Shown here: positions 18,389-30,410 of the stretch, in pieces
How the letters are laid out: every line of letters starts with the position of its first letter
Position numbering within the stretch: position 1 is the stretch's first letter
NCBI GenBank assembly: GCA_041908685.1
Contig: JAYREW010000009.1
Location: forward strand, 208,783-272,782
DNA: 64,000 bases
Origin: Nitrospiraceae bacterium
Lineage (GTDB): Bacteria > Nitrospirota > Nitrospiria > Nitrospirales > Nitrospiraceae
Direction of reading: 5' to 3'
Notes under the pieces: generated by a model
Seen by the model: only the letters and a program-made list of their open reading frames with translations
Told to the model about the DNA's origin: nothing
Database searches by the model: none
Position numbers and translations under genes: made by a program

Positions 18389-18573
18389 CTCTGCGTAGGG
18401 TTGGTCGATCGCTTGCAATCAGGCTTCGTGCCCAGGTACCGTAGCCCGTTTGCACCGTTGTCGTGCGGGGGCGCCTTCGGGACATGCTGTCGGTTGGACC
18501 GCACCGGGTGGCGGCTGTTTGTCTGTGCAGCGCCCGGTGATGCTCGTGGAGACTGGGGCGGGAGGCTCGCTTG

Positions 18574-18828
18574 ATGGGACTGCAGGCGCTGTCATTACTG
18601 GGCGCGCTCATGGTGCTCGCGGGCTACGCGATGATTCAAAGCGGCTGGTGTCGCGAGCTGGACGCCGGGTACCTCGCGCTCAATATCGTCGGCTCGGTGC
18701 TGCTGGGCGTGGTGGCGGTGGCCGAGCGGCAGCTCGGGTTTATTGTGTTGGAGTTTGCGTGGGCGGGCTTGGGGCTGGTGGGCGCGGCTCGATCATGGCG
18801 CCAGCGCCAGGCAGCACGCCCCAAATAA
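18574..18828 (+). CDS. Small 3-helix membrane protein
   Basis: 84 aa, starting at ATG 18574 after GGGAGG. Three hydrophobic segments. Function unknown. Confidence 0.55.
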   Translation: MGLQALSLLGALMVLAGYAMIQSGWCRELDAGYLALNIVGSVLLGVVAVAERQLGFIVLEFAWAGLGLVGAARSWRQRQAARPK

Positions 18829-18942
18829 GGATGATGGCGGTAGGCTCGATTGGAGTAGGGACGTCGGCATTACTATAGACACACCGCATACAGGATGCGG
18901 AGTCGCAGCAGGGCTGTTGCGATCGAGAAAGGGGAACGGAAC

Positions 18943-19425
18943 ATGGCAGGGTTGTTATCGGCGAACGATGTCTTTGAACGGATGCAGGATGCAGCGGCCT
19001 CGGCCACGGGTGTGGACGAGAAGGCCATGCAGATCGACTACAACGCCTTGAAGGAAAATGTGCAGGCGGCGCTGGGCGACCGCAAGATCGCGCACCTGCA
19101 CATCAATAAGTTTCTCCCGGAAGGGTATGAGGACCAGGGGCGCTTCAACGTGCTGGCGCTCACGGCGGGCGGCGTGTTTTTCGATATGGTGATCGGCGAT
19201 ACCTATTTTCGCTACGACATCGTATCCGTGAAGGAGTTGGACAAGGTGCAACTCGTGGACGCGATTTGGAACAACCGCGAAAAGCGTCGCGAAGACCCGT
19301 TCCTCAGCCTGCGGTTGATGCACGGCGAGGAGACCCATCTCTTGTTGGCGCTCGATAACGACGAACGTGCGTCTGTCATGGCGTTCGCGAAGGCCGTGAC
19401 CACCGCCCGCAATCCGGAAAAGTAG
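18943..19425 (+). CDS. Hypothetical protein (160 aa)
   Basis: Starts at ATG 18943 after AAAGGGGA. The composition looks soluble. I recognise no motif. Confidence 0.6.
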   Translation: MAGLLSANDVFERMQDAAASATGVDEKAMQIDYNALKENVQAALGDRKIAHLHINKFLPEGYEDQGRFNVLALTAGGVFFDMVIGDTYFRYDIVSVKELDKVQLVDAIWNNREKRREDPFLSLRLMHGEETHLLLALDNDERASVMAFAKAVTTARNPEK

Positions 19426-19451
19426 CGTCGTCCTTCCTCCTGTGTTGAGAG

Positions 19452-19483
19452 GGGCGGGGCCTTGTGGTCCTGCCCTTCTTTCC
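19452..19483 (+). terminator. Intrinsic terminator candidate
   Basis: GGGCGGGGCC-TTGT-GGTCCTGCCC forms 10 pairs, two of them G-U. It is followed by TTCTTTCC. Confidence 0.55.
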
Positions 19484-19754
19484 ACAAGCTGTTTCACTCT
19501 CAAGTTTGATCGCGTGGATTGCGCCGGTGAATGCCGTAGGGCGTGGTGACGCCCTCGACCGGCGCGGCTGGTGCGGATCGGTGCCTGTCTGCGCGATGTC
19601 GTTGCGTTCCGCGTGACTGTGCAATCAGTGCGCAGCGAGCGGTAGCTCGTGATGCATTGGGAAGGCAAGGGAACGGCAGGGAACGGAAGTGCGTGGACGG
19701 CTGCAGCGATGCGGCGGCCCTACTGCTTCTCCGAAGATTCCACTGCGCCTTGGC

Positions 19755-20846
19755 TTAGGGCCGTCGATACAAGGGCAGCGCCTTCACCGTGGCCTCGTGC
19801 TTGCGGCCGTCGATGTCGACCGTCAGCACCGTGTCGGCCTTGCTGAAATCCCGCAGGGGGAAGCCGAAGGCGAGCCCGGCGTTTTGCAGGGGGGAGAAGC
19901 TCGCGCTGCTGATCCAGCCCACTTCGCGGTCGCCGCTGAACAGCTTCGCACCGGGGGGTGGAATGGTCTGGTCGTGCAGGACGAGTCCCACCAGGTGGCG
20001 GCGCACGTTGCCGTACGTATCCATCCGCGCGACCACTTCTTGTCCCGGGTAGCAGCCCTTATTCAAGCTGAAGGCCTTGCCTTCGAGATTCGCTTCGGGC
20101 GGGACGATTTCTTCGTTCAAGTCCGCGCCGGCTTTCGGCAGGCCCGCTTCGAGCCGCAGCATCTCGCGCGCGACGGTGCCGACAGGGCGGAGGCCCATAG
20201 GCGTGCCGGTAGTGACGAGCAGGGTCCAGAGCGCGGCCAGATTGTCGTTGGGAGTCGCCAGCAGCACATCCTGCTCGCCGGTTTCCTCGCCACGCATCAG
20301 CCACAGAGGTTGTGTGCCGTGGGTGGCGATGGTGAGGCTTGGTATCGCCGCCGCCTGGAGATCCACCTGCAAGGCCGACTGAATCACTTCAAAGGCCCGT
20401 GGTCCGCTGAGCAGCAGGAGGCCCCAGGCGCCGGTCAACGTCTCGAGCTTCGCTTTGGTGCCGTAGAGGAGAAATTTCTTAAGGGTCTTGGCCGTGGTGT
20501 CGCCGATGTCGCCGACATCTTCCAGCAGCACGGCGTCCGGGGTGATGTACGCCCGCACGTAAGTCAGCATCTTGCCCTTGTGCGTGAGCAGGCTGGAATA
20601 GACGCCCTGGCCCGGCTGCAGCCGCAGCAGGTCGTTACTCAAGATGCTCTGCAGCCATTTGACGCGGTCGTCGCCGGTGGTGCGAAGGAGGCCGCGATGC
20701 GACAGATCGCTCAGGCCGACGGCGGTCCGGACCGCCTGATACTCGGCGCGAGCCTCACCAAAATGTGCGGGGACTTCCCAGCCGGCCACCTCGTGAAAGG
20801 TGGCGCCGAGCTGGACCTGTTGTGCATGAAGTGGGGATCGATTCAT
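19755..20846 (-). CDS. ygfZ: Folate-binding YgfZ/GcvT-like protein (Fe-S cluster repair and tRNA modification)
   Basis: 363 aa with GcvT-like architecture. Carries the KGCYPGQE signature of the YgfZ family. Confidence 0.8.
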   Translation of the reverse strand: MNRSPLHAQQVQLGATFHEVAGWEVPAHFGEARAEYQAVRTAVGLSDLSHRGLLRTTGDDRVKWLQSILSNDLLRLQPGQGVYSSLLTHKGKMLTYVRAYITPDAVLLEDVGDIGDTTAKTLKKFLLYGTKAKLETLTGAWGLLLLSGPRAFEVIQSALQVDLQAAAIPSLTIATHGTQPLWLMRGEETGEQDVLLATPNDNLAALWTLLVTTGTPMGLRPVGTVAREMLRLEAGLPKAGADLNEEIVPPEANLEGKAFSLNKGCYPGQEVVARMDTYGNVRRHLVGLVLHDQTIPPPGAKLFSGDREVGWISSASFSPLQNAGLAFGFPLRDFSKADTVLTVDIDGRKHEATVKALPLYRRP

Positions 20847-20888
20847 CGGGGTTGTGTGCTCACAAGCAAGAGGGTCGGTACACGGCGA

Positions 20889-21269
20889 TTAGGTCTGCGG
20901 GGTGCCAAAGAGCCCGTCGACCAACTCTTTGGTGCGCGCGGAAAATTCGTTGCGGGAGACGATCTTGGTGACGCCGAGCGCCTTCGCGCGGTTCCATGTC
21001 TCTACTTCTTCATGATTGGCAAAGGCCAGCACCGGCAGGGCCGCCAGCCTCGCGTCCGCCTTGAGCGTGCCGAGCGCCAGAAACGGATCGAGCCGCAGCT
21101 CGTTCATGTCCATGACGACCGCCGAGGGTGTGTCGGCGGCAGCTTTGCTGTTGAAGTCGTCCTGCGTGCGGGCCCGCTCCAGCTTGTAGCCGTGCGGCAG
21201 CAGCGCGTCGCGCACCTTCGTGTAGAAGAATATGTCGTTGACGGCGACGAGGATCGTTTTGGCATTCAT
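20889..21269 (-). CDS. Stand-alone CheY-like receiver domain (degenerate)
   Basis: Starts at ATG 21269 (MNAKTILVAVND). A phospho-acceptor-like Asp is present in AVVMDMN. The acidic pair and the T/S position are non-canonical. Confidence 0.65.
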   Translation of the reverse strand: MNAKTILVAVNDIFFYTKVRDALLPHGYKLERARTQDDFNSKAAADTPSAVVMDMNELRLDPFLALGTLKADARLAALPVLAFANHEEVETWNRAKALGVTKIVSRNEFSARTKELVDGLFGTPQT

Positions 21270-21367
21270 GGTGCGATGATGGCGATGACGGTTACGAGGC
21301 TGCTTGTGTGGAAAGCCGGTACCACGGCGCAAGCCCTGTGCGGTGCCTGCATCTGGTGCTCAGCTCG

Positions 21368-21883
21368 TTAATTCATGCTGCTGATCAGCCGCCCCAACGA
21401 CCGTTTGGCCAGGGAGTAGTCAGGGTTGAGCGCGAGCGCCTGCTTGTAGCAGTCGATAGCCTGTTGCCAGTCGCCTTTTTTCTCATGCACGCGGCCCAGG
21501 TTCAAATGCGGAAAGGCCGGACTTTCATAGCGCGTCGCCTGCATGGCGCGCTTGAACCAGTCCATGGCTTCGTCGAGCTGGCCCTTTTCGATCAAATACG
21601 CGCCGATGTCGTTATAGGGATTGCCGAAGTCCGGGTCCTGCGCAATCGCATGGTGGCATTCTTCGATCGCGTCATCCAGGCGGCCCATGAAGCTGTAGGT
21701 CCAGCCGAGAAAGGTGTAGCCCTCAGCCGTTGGATGCAGCTTGATCGACTCTTGGTACAGTCGCGCGGCCTCCTCCAGCTCCCCCTTCATCTGCAGTTCA
21801 TAGGCCTTTTGGAAGAGCATCCACGCTTCGCGCTTGTCTTCCTCGCGTCCTTCGCCGTGCTGGAGAAAATCTTGAACATCCAT
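21368..21883 (-). CDS. TPR-repeat protein
   Basis: 171 aa with repeated A..Y..A..l.P 34-residue units (for example AIDCYKQALALNPDY). Confidence 0.8.
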   Translation of the reverse strand: MDVQDFLQHGEGREEDKREAWMLFQKAYELQMKGELEEAARLYQESIKLHPTAEGYTFLGWTYSFMGRLDDAIEECHHAIAQDPDFGNPYNDIGAYLIEKGQLDEAMDWFKRAMQATRYESPAFPHLNLGRVHEKKGDWQQAIDCYKQALALNPDYSLAKRSLGRLISSMN

Positions 21884-21929
21884 ACGTCTGGTGGTGCATT
21901 CTGCGAGCCGCGGTGGCGTGCGGCCTGCG

Positions 21930-22730
21930 CTATTCGTGTTTCAGTTTCTTTTTGATCAGTTCGGCGCCGTAGCGGCCGGACAGCAGCATGGACCCGAAGG
22001 CCGGTCCCATGCGCGGAGTGCCGTGCACGGCGGAGACCGCCAAGCCTACCACAAAGCAATTGGGGTAGACCTCGCCGGTGTGGTCCATCACGTTTTCCTC
22101 GGAGCGCGACACCCACATGGCGCCGTTGCCCGGCACGGCCTTGTAGAGGTTGCGCTTGTGCAGGAGGTCGACGACGATCGCGTCATGGCCGGTGGCGTCG
22201 ACGACGATCTTACTTTCCAGCGCGATCGGATCGACGTGAATGATGTCGTGCCCGGCCATTTCCGCCGTGGTGTTGTTCACCACCACGCCTTCCAGAATGC
22301 CGTCGCGGCGTAAGATGAGATCCACGACGCGCGTCAGATTCAGGACCTTGGCGCCCGCGCCGTAGGCCGCGGCGATCAAGGCACCGGTTGCGTGCGGCGG
22401 GTCCACGATGAACATGCCCTCGCACTCGTGCACCTTTTTACAGGGCACACCGAGCTCGTCGAGAATCTCGTTCGCCGGCTCGCAGATGGTGGCCTTGTTC
22501 ATCAGATAGCCGCCGTGCCAGAAGCCGCCGCCGAGCGCCAGGCTCTGTTCGACGATCAGGGTTTTGAAGCCCATCTTCGCCAGATCATGCGCGCAGATTA
22601 GGCCGGACGGCCCCGCGCCGACGATGATGACGTCGCTCTCGATGAGCTGATCGAACTCTTTATAGTACTCGCGCGCGATCTGTCGCGTGATGTCGCGTTC
22701 GCGCAGCGGCGCTGGACGTGGTTTCGCCAT
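21930..22730 (-). CDS. thi4: Thi4-type thiazole synthase (archaeal/eukaryotic type)
   Basis: 266 aa. VIIVGAGPSGL dinucleotide fold, GGGFWHGG and VVDATGHDA motifs. Lies 21 nt downstream of thiC. Confidence 0.85.
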   Translation of the reverse strand: MAKPRPAPLRERDITRQIAREYYKEFDQLIESDVIIVGAGPSGLICAHDLAKMGFKTLIVEQSLALGGGFWHGGYLMNKATICEPANEILDELGVPCKKVHECEGMFIVDPPHATGALIAAAYGAGAKVLNLTRVVDLILRRDGILEGVVVNNTTAEMAGHDIIHVDPIALESKIVVDATGHDAIVVDLLHKRNLYKAVPGNGAMWVSRSEENVMDHTGEVYPNCFVVGLAVSAVHGTPRMGPAFGSMLLSGRYGAELIKKKLKHE

Positions 22731-22751
22731 GGGACACCTTCCTCGACTGGG

Positions 22752-24713
<1,962 letters not shown>

Positions 24714-24822
24714 CTAACGTATCGCCCCGGTGTCTGCTCACGCGTCCGCTGCGGCGTGGGGCGGCAGGGTCGCCGCTCGTGCCGCGTGGGGCGCCACAGC
24801 ATCGTCAACAATCGTTGGTCGC

Positions 24823-24854
24823 AAAAAAAGCCGCCGGGATAACAGGGGCGGCTT
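24823..24854 (-). terminator. Intrinsic terminator forming the riboswitch expression platform
   Basis: The minus strand reads AAGCCGCC-CCTGTTATCCC-GGCGGCTT followed by TTTTT. Confidence 0.7.
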
Positions 24855-24869
24855 CACTCGAATTCGGTG

Positions 24870-24965
24870 AGGTCAACCGCTTCCCTACGCTGGCATTATC
24901 CAGGTCAGGTTCTAAGGGTCGTCCGTCAGCACGGACTCTCAGCCGTATGGCCCCCCTAGCTGTGA
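24870..24965 (-). promoter_or_regulatory. TPP (THI-box) riboswitch
   Basis: The minus strand reads CTAGGGGGGCCATACGGCTGAGAGTCCGTGCTGACGGACGACCCTTAGAACCTGACCTGGATAATGCCAGCGTAGGGAAGCGG. This matches the conserved CUGAGA and ACCUGAUCUGGAUAAUGCCAGCGUAGGGAA cores. Confidence 0.9.
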
Positions 24966-25309
24966 CTATGTAACCGGCATCGTACATGGCGTGTTTCCGG
25001 CGTGTCAACCGAGCGGGGTGCGGGCGGCGTGAGCGCGTTGTGCATAGACGAGGCGCAGGGCAAACCGTGACGCGTCGGTCAGCAAGTCGCGATCACCGAG
25101 GGCATGTCGGCGGGGCGGTCTCGGTGTTGCGAACGGATGCCGCGACTGTTGCCGGAGCGAGGTGGCGCAAATCGGACGCAAGGCCGCTTCGCGCGATCGA
25201 CGGGGCGCCTGTAGGCCTTTCGGCTCGTTGATTGTTCGTAGGTCGTCCCGTAGAATTCCATCGCGTCCTGTGCCTGTCGTTCGACGATGTTTGTTATTGT
25301 GAGGCGCGC

Positions 25310-26455
25310 ATGGCCATCGAATTGCCGGTTGTCAGCAGCACCCCGAGCCCGACGGATGTCAGGCGCGGCGGCATCCATCCCATAGCGACCTATCAGCAGC
25401 TGTCCGCCGGGGAGCTGTCCGCCCGCATCACGGCCGCGCGTCGGACGATGGGAGAGCGGCTGCTCATTCTCGGGCACAACTATCAGCGGGACGAAGTGAT
25501 TCAACATGCGGATCTGCGCGGCGATTCGCTCCTGCTGGCGAAATATGCGCAGCAGTATGCCGATCGTCCCTACGTGGTCTTTTGCGGGGTGCACTTCATG
25601 GCCGAAACGGCCGACGTGCTCAGCCGCTCGAACCAGACCGTGATTCTCCCGGATATGGCGGCCGGCTGTTCCATGGCCGACATGGCCGCGATCGAGCAAG
25701 TGGAAGAATGCTGGGACGCGTTGGGCCGTCTGATGCCTGTGGATGAGACGGTCATGCCGGTGGTCTACGTGAACTCCGCCGCGATTCTCAAAGCCTTCTG
25801 CGGCGAGCACGGCGGGCTGACCTGCACATCGTCCAATGCTAAGGCCATCATCGAGTGGTCCTGGGCGCGGCGCGAGAAGATCCTCTTTTTCCCCGATGAG
25901 CATTTGGGCCGCAACACGGCGAATAAAATGGGTGTGCCGGCCGAGCACATGATCGTATGGGATCCGTCGCTCCCGAACGGCGGCAACAGTGCGGAGGCGA
26001 TCCGGCGCGCGCGGTTGATCCTCTGGAAGGGCCATTGCAGCGTGCATCAGATGTTTCAGCCCGCGCATGTGGAGTACTTCCGGCGGACCTATCCGGGGAT
26101 CACGGTGATCGTGCATCCGGAGTGCCATGAGCAGGTCGTGAACAAGGCCGATCTCGTCGGGTCGACCGAGTACATCATCCGCACTGTGACGGCGGCGCCT
26201 GCGGGCACTTCCTGGGCGGTGGGGACGGAGCTGAATCTGGTCAATCGGCTGAAGCACGAGTTGACCGACAAGCACATCTACTTTCTGTCCTCCACGGTCT
26301 GTCAGTGCGCCACGATGTATCGCATTGATGCGCCGCATCTCTGCTGGGCGCTGGAGAATCTGGTGGACGGGTGTGTCGTCAATCATATCGTCGTCCCTGA
26401 CGACGAAAAGGAATGGGCCAAGGTTGCGCTGGAGCGCATGATGGCCTTGAGTTAA
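25310..26455 (+). CDS. nadA: Quinolinate synthase
   Basis: Starts at ATG 25310 (MAIELP). Contains LLILGHNYQRDEVIQHAD, FCGVHFMAETA and VHPEC motifs. Confidence 0.9.
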   Translation: MAIELPVVSSTPSPTDVRRGGIHPIATYQQLSAGELSARITAARRTMGERLLILGHNYQRDEVIQHADLRGDSLLLAKYAQQYADRPYVVFCGVHFMAETADVLSRSNQTVILPDMAAGCSMADMAAIEQVEECWDALGRLMPVDETVMPVVYVNSAAILKAFCGEHGGLTCTSSNAKAIIEWSWARREKILFFPDEHLGRNTANKMGVPAEHMIVWDPSLPNGGNSAEAIRRARLILWKGHCSVHQMFQPAHVEYFRRTYPGITVIVHPECHEQVVNKADLVGSTEYIIRTVTAAPAGTSWAVGTELNLVNRLKHELTDKHIYFLSSTVCQCATMYRIDAPHLCWALENLVDGCVVNHIVVPDDEKEWAKVALERMMALS

Positions 26456-26659
26456 TCCCGCAAGTCTCGACGTGTCGCCCGGCCCGGTCGGCGGCTGTGT
26501 CTCGCGCCGCGCGCGCGGCCTGTAAAAAGGCTGGTGCCGTCCCCCTTCCTTCCGATATATTCCCCGCCTGACACAAGCAGGACGCCCCCATTGATGCCCC
26601 GCAGGTGGCCTCAGGGCTCCGACGGCGCGTCGTCGTTCGGCAATCACGACTACAAGGTT

Positions 26660-29485
26660 ATGGATTACAAGAGCACGCTCAATCTGCCGCAGACCGAGTT
26701 CCCCATGAAGGCCAACCTGCCGCAGCGGGAGCCGGAGATGCTGGCCTGGTGGGCGGAGCGCGGGTTGTACGCGGCGATTCAAGCGCGGGCGGCCGCGCAG
26801 GGGCGCCCACGCTACGTGCTGCACGATGGTCCGCCCTACGCAAACGGCCGGATTCACATCGGGCATGCGCTCAACAAGATCCTGAAGGACATCATTATCA
26901 AGTCGAAGACGATGTCGGGGTTTCATGCCCCCTATGTGCCGGGATGGGACTGTCACGGCTTGCCCATCGAACATCAAGTGATGAAGGAGCTGGGCGACAA
27001 GAAGCGCGGGCTGGACGCCATCGCGATTCGGGCGCTCTGCCGCGAGTACGCGGAGAAATTTGTGTCCGTGCAGCGCGACGAGTTTAAGCGCCTCGGCGTA
27101 CTCGGCGAGTGGGACAGCCCGTACCTCACGATGACGCCGAGCTACGAAGCCGCGATCGTCCGCGAGTTCGGGAAATTCGTCGAGCGTGGCGGCGTGTATA
27201 AGGGGCTGAAGCCTGTGCTCTGGTGCACGCAGGATCAAACGGCGTTGGCGGAAGCCGAGGTCGAATATGAAGACCACGTCTCGCCGTCGGTCTACGTGAA
27301 ATTTCCTGTGGCGGGGACGCCCGCGTCGTTGGCTGCTCGATTTGGCGGCCTGCCGATTCCAGCCGGTGTGACGTCTGTCGCGGTCGTCATCTGGACCACC
27401 ACCCCCTGGACATTGCCTGCCAACCAAGCCGTCTGTCTGCACGCCGATATCGACTACGCCTTCGTGCAGGTCGGCGAGCAGGTGCTGATCATTGCGGAAA
27501 AGTTGTTGGAGGCCACGGCCAAAGCCTGTCGCCTCGATAACTATACGGTGCTTGGGGTGAGGAAGGGCGCCGAGGGCTTCGAGGGGCTGGAACTGCAGCG
27601 GCCGCTGACCACGGGATTGTCGCCGGTCTTGCTGGGCGATTTTGTCACGCTGGAGCAGGGGACAGGCTGCGTGCATATCGCCCCGGGGCACGGGATGGAC
27701 GACTACATCCTGGTCTTGAACCACAATGCCGCGGCGTCGGTGGGCGAGCGCCTGGAAATTTTGGCGCCGGTCGATAACGGCGGACGGTTCACCGACGCCG
27801 TGCCGGAATTTGCCGGGCAGCATGTGTTCAAGGCGAATCCGTTGATCGTCGAACGGTTGCAGGCCAACGGCCGCCTGCTTGGACACTTCTCGCTGAACCA
27901 TTCCTATCCGCATTGCTGGCGCTGCAAGAGTCCTGTGATCTTTCGCGCAACCGAGCAGTGGTTCGTGTCCATGGAGACGAACGAGTTGCGGCAGGAGGCG
28001 CTGGCCGAGATCGGGCGCGTGCGCTGGATTCCCGCCTACGGTCGCGACCGCATTACCGGCATGATTGAGAACCGTCCCGATTGGTGCCTGTCGCGTCAGC
28101 GCGTCTGGGGCGTGCCGATTCCGGGCTTTACCTGTACGGGCTGCCGCGGCGTGCTGGCGGAGCCGCGCGTGATCGACCACGTCGCCTCCCTCATGGAAAC
28201 GCGCGGGGCCGACGTCTGGTTTCAGCGGACGGCTGCCGAGCTGCTTCCCGAAGACACGGTTTGCAAATCGTGCGGCGGTGCGTCCTTCGAGAAGGAACGG
28301 GATATTTTGGATGTGTGGTTTGAGTCCGGCGTCAGCTTTGCGACCGTGCTGAAGCCGCGCCATTGGTGGCCGGCGGATCTGTACCTGGAAGGCTCCGACC
28401 AACATCGGGGCTGGTTTCACAGCGCGCTGCTTGCGGGAGTGACGACGGATCGGCGCGCGCCCTATCGCGCCGTGCTCACGCACGGATTCGTGGTCGACGG
28501 GCAGGGGAAGAAGATGTCCAAGTCGGCGGGCAACGTTGTGGCGCCGCAGGACGTCATCAAGCAATCGGGCGCGGAGATTCTGCGTCTGTGGGTGTCGGCG
28601 CAGGACTACCGCGAAGACCTGCGTATTTCGCCGGAGATTCTGACGCACCTGATCGACGCCTATCGGAAGATCCGCAACACCGCCCGGTTCCTGCTGAGCA
28701 ATCTCTACGATTTCGATCCGGTGAACGACCGTGTGCCGTATGCGCAGTTGCCTGAGTTGGACCGCTGGGCGCTCATGCGGTTGGGCGAGCTGATCCCGAA
28801 AGTGCGGAAGGCCTACGACGACTGCGAGTTCCACGCGATTTTCCACGCGCTGAATAATTTTTGCTCCGTGGATCTGAGCGCGGTCTACTTGGATATTCTG
28901 AAAGACCGGCTGTACACCTGTCGCAAGGACGCGCCGCAACGGCGCGGCTCGCAAACGGTGTTGTACGATCTGCTGACGGGGCTGACGACGCTGATGGCGC
29001 CCGTGTTGAGTTTCACGGCGGAGGAAATTTGGCGCAGCTTGCCCGCGGATAAGACGCGGCAGGCCGACGCGTGGAGCGTGCACCTGGCGGCGTTCCCGGA
29101 GGCGGATCCTGCCTGGGCCGATGCCGCATTGGCCTCGCGCTGGGAGACGTTGTTGGAGGTGCGGCGCGCGGTGCAGGCGGCGTTGGAAGCCAAACGGCGG
29201 GACAAGGTGATCGGTGCTCCGCTGGAAGCGCAGGTCGTCCTGCGCGCGACGGCCGAGCGCGCAGCGTTCCTCACGCCCTATCTGAAGGACTTGCCCGCGC
29301 TGTGTATCGTGTCCGCGGTCGACCTGCAGACGGCGTCTGATCTCCCGGCCTCGCCCGGGTATACGGTGGAGGTGCGGAAGGCGGACGGCCAGAAGTGCGA
29401 ACGGTGCTGGAACTATCGCGCCAGCGTGGGGCAGCTGCCGGCGCATCCCACGCTGTGCGATCGCTGTGTGGAGGCCATTCGGTGA
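26660..29485 (+). CDS. ileS: Isoleucine--tRNA ligase
   Basis: Starts at ATG 26660 ([12 protein letters not shown]). HIGH motif (RIHIGHAL), KMSKS motif, and a C-terminal CERCW...CDRC zinc finger. Confidence 0.95.
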   Translation: MDYKSTLNLPQTEFPMKANLPQREPEMLAWWAERGLYAAIQARAAAQGRPRYVLHDGPPYANGRIHIGHALNKILKDIIIKSKTMSGFHAPYVPGWDCHGLPIEHQVMKELGDKKRGLDAIAIRALCREYAEKFVSVQRDEFKRLGVLGEWDSPYLTMTPSYEAAIVREFGKFVERGGVYKGLKPVLWCTQDQTALAEAEVEYEDHVSPSVYVKFPVAGTPASLAARFGGLPIPAGVTSVAVVIWTTTPWTLPANQAVCLHADIDYAFVQVGEQVLIIAEKLLEATAKACRLDNYTVLGVRKGAEGFEGLELQRPLTTGLSPVLLGDFVTLEQGTGCVHIAPGHGMDDYILVLNHNAAASVGERLEILAPVDNGGRFTDAVPEFAGQHVFKANPLIVERLQANGRLLGHFSLNHSYPHCWRCKSPVIFRATEQWFVSMETNELRQEALAEIGRVRWIPAYGRDRITGMIENRPDWCLSRQRVWGVPIPGFTCTGCRGVLAEPRVIDHVASLMETRGADVWFQRTAAELLPEDTVCKSCGGASFEKERDILDVWFESGVSFATVLKPRHWWPADLYLEGSDQHRGWFHSALLAGVTTDRRAPYRAVLTHGFVVDGQGKKMSKSAGNVVAPQDVIKQSGAEILRLWVSAQDYREDLRISPEILTHLIDAYRKIRNTARFLLSNLYDFDPVNDRVPYAQLPELDRWALMRLGELIPKVRKAYDDCEFHAIFHALNNFCSVDLSAVYLDILKDRLYTCRKDAPQRRGSQTVLYDLLTGLTTLMAPVLSFTAEEIWRSLPADKTRQADAWSVHLAAFPEADPAWADAALASRWETLLEVRRAVQAALEAKRRDKVIGAPLEAQVVLRATAERAAFLTPYLKDLPALCIVSAVDLQTASDLPASPGYTVEVRKADGQKCERCWNYRASVGQLPAHPTLCDRCVEAIR

Positions 29486-30066
29486 TGACGGGACCCGTCA
29501 GACTGTTCCTGCTTTCCCTCGTAACCGGGGCCGTGGTGTTGGTCGATCAGTTGACCAAGCTCGAAGTCATGCAGTCGATGTATTTGCATCAGTCGATTCC
29601 GATCCTGCCCGGATTCTTCAACCTCACCTACATCCGCAACCCCGGGGCGGCGTTCGGCTTTATGGCCGGGGCGGGTCCGGCGTTTCGCGTCGTCTTTTTT
29701 GCGCTGACGTCGCTGTTTGCGCTGGGGGTGCTCGGGACGATTTTGATGCGTCTGCCGGATTCCGATTGGATGGGGCAGTACAGCATTGCGGCCATCCTCG
29801 GCGGCGCCATCGGGAATTTGTTGGATCGCGTGCGCTATGGCGAGGTGATCGACTTCTTAGACGTCTACATCGGCTCGGCGCACTGGCCGGCCTTCAATGT
29901 GGCGGATGCGGCTATTACCGTGGGGGTGGCCTTCCTCATTCTCCATTTCTCTCTGGAGAAGAAGCCGCCGCTCGGCAGCGACGCCCGGGGCCTCCCGGAG
30001 GACGGCACCAAATCTGACAGCGCACCCTCTGAGGCTGCGTCCGGATCCACGCGCCCTACGACCTAA
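29485..30066 (+). CDS. lspA: Lipoprotein signal peptidase II
   Basis: Its start overlaps the ileS stop by 1 nt. Contains VDQLTK, NPGAAFG and FNVADAAITVG motifs. Confidence 0.9.
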   Translation: MTGPVRLFLLSLVTGAVVLVDQLTKLEVMQSMYLHQSIPILPGFFNLTYIRNPGAAFGFMAGAGPAFRVVFFALTSLFALGVLGTILMRLPDSDWMGQYSIAAILGGAIGNLLDRVRYGEVIDFLDVYIGSAHWPAFNVADAAITVGVAFLILHFSLEKKPPLGSDARGLPEDGTKSDSAPSEAASGSTRPTT

Positions 30067-30118
30067 GCGCGGTCCGTCTTCCGGATCATCCTGTCCCCGC
30101 AGCAGTCGGAACGCGTGC

Positions 30119-30385
30119 TCAGGCGGGCAGTTCGAGGATGAAGCCGCCCTGTTCGCGGAACTGCCGCTGCTGCTCGGTTGAGAACAGCGCGAGCGGTTCG
30201 TTGTGGCAGAACTGGCATTCCTTCACGGTCACCGGGGCCGATCCTTCACCGATACCATCCAGATAGCGGCGGGCAAGGCGCAGGGCCGTCTCTTGGTCCG
30301 TCGTCATGACGTCGAAGTGGATCGTCCCTTTCGAGCCCTTCACCCAGGTGTCAAACACGTGCACGGTATCCGGCGAGGTAGCCAT
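30119..30385 (-). CDS. DUF2024-like small protein
   Basis: 88 aa from ATG 30385. VHVFDTWVKGSKGTIHFDVMT and CQFCHNE resemble the DUF2024 family as I remember it. Confidence 0.6.
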   Translation of the reverse strand: MATSPDTVHVFDTWVKGSKGTIHFDVMTTDQETALRLARRYLDGIGEGSAPVTVKECQFCHNEPLALFSTEQQRQFREQGGFILELPA

Positions 30386-30410
30386 GGCGAAAGTCCTTTC
30401 TGGTGGCAAC

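Noticed and set aside
17357-18418. 353-aa minus-strand ORF
   Set aside because: It is antisense to phoD, which has clear metallophosphatase motifs.
19689-21371. 560-aa plus-strand ORF
   Set aside because: It is antisense to ygfZ and the receiver gene, its composition is Arg/Gly/Ala-rich, and it has no motif.
25079-29446. 1455-aa ORF on the minus strand, the longest ORF in the window
   Set aside because: It lies entirely antisense to nadA and ileS, both of which carry unambiguous motifs. Its product is Arg/Pro/Gly/His-rich low-complexity sequence with no motif. This is the typical stop-codon-poor antisense frame of high-GC DNA.
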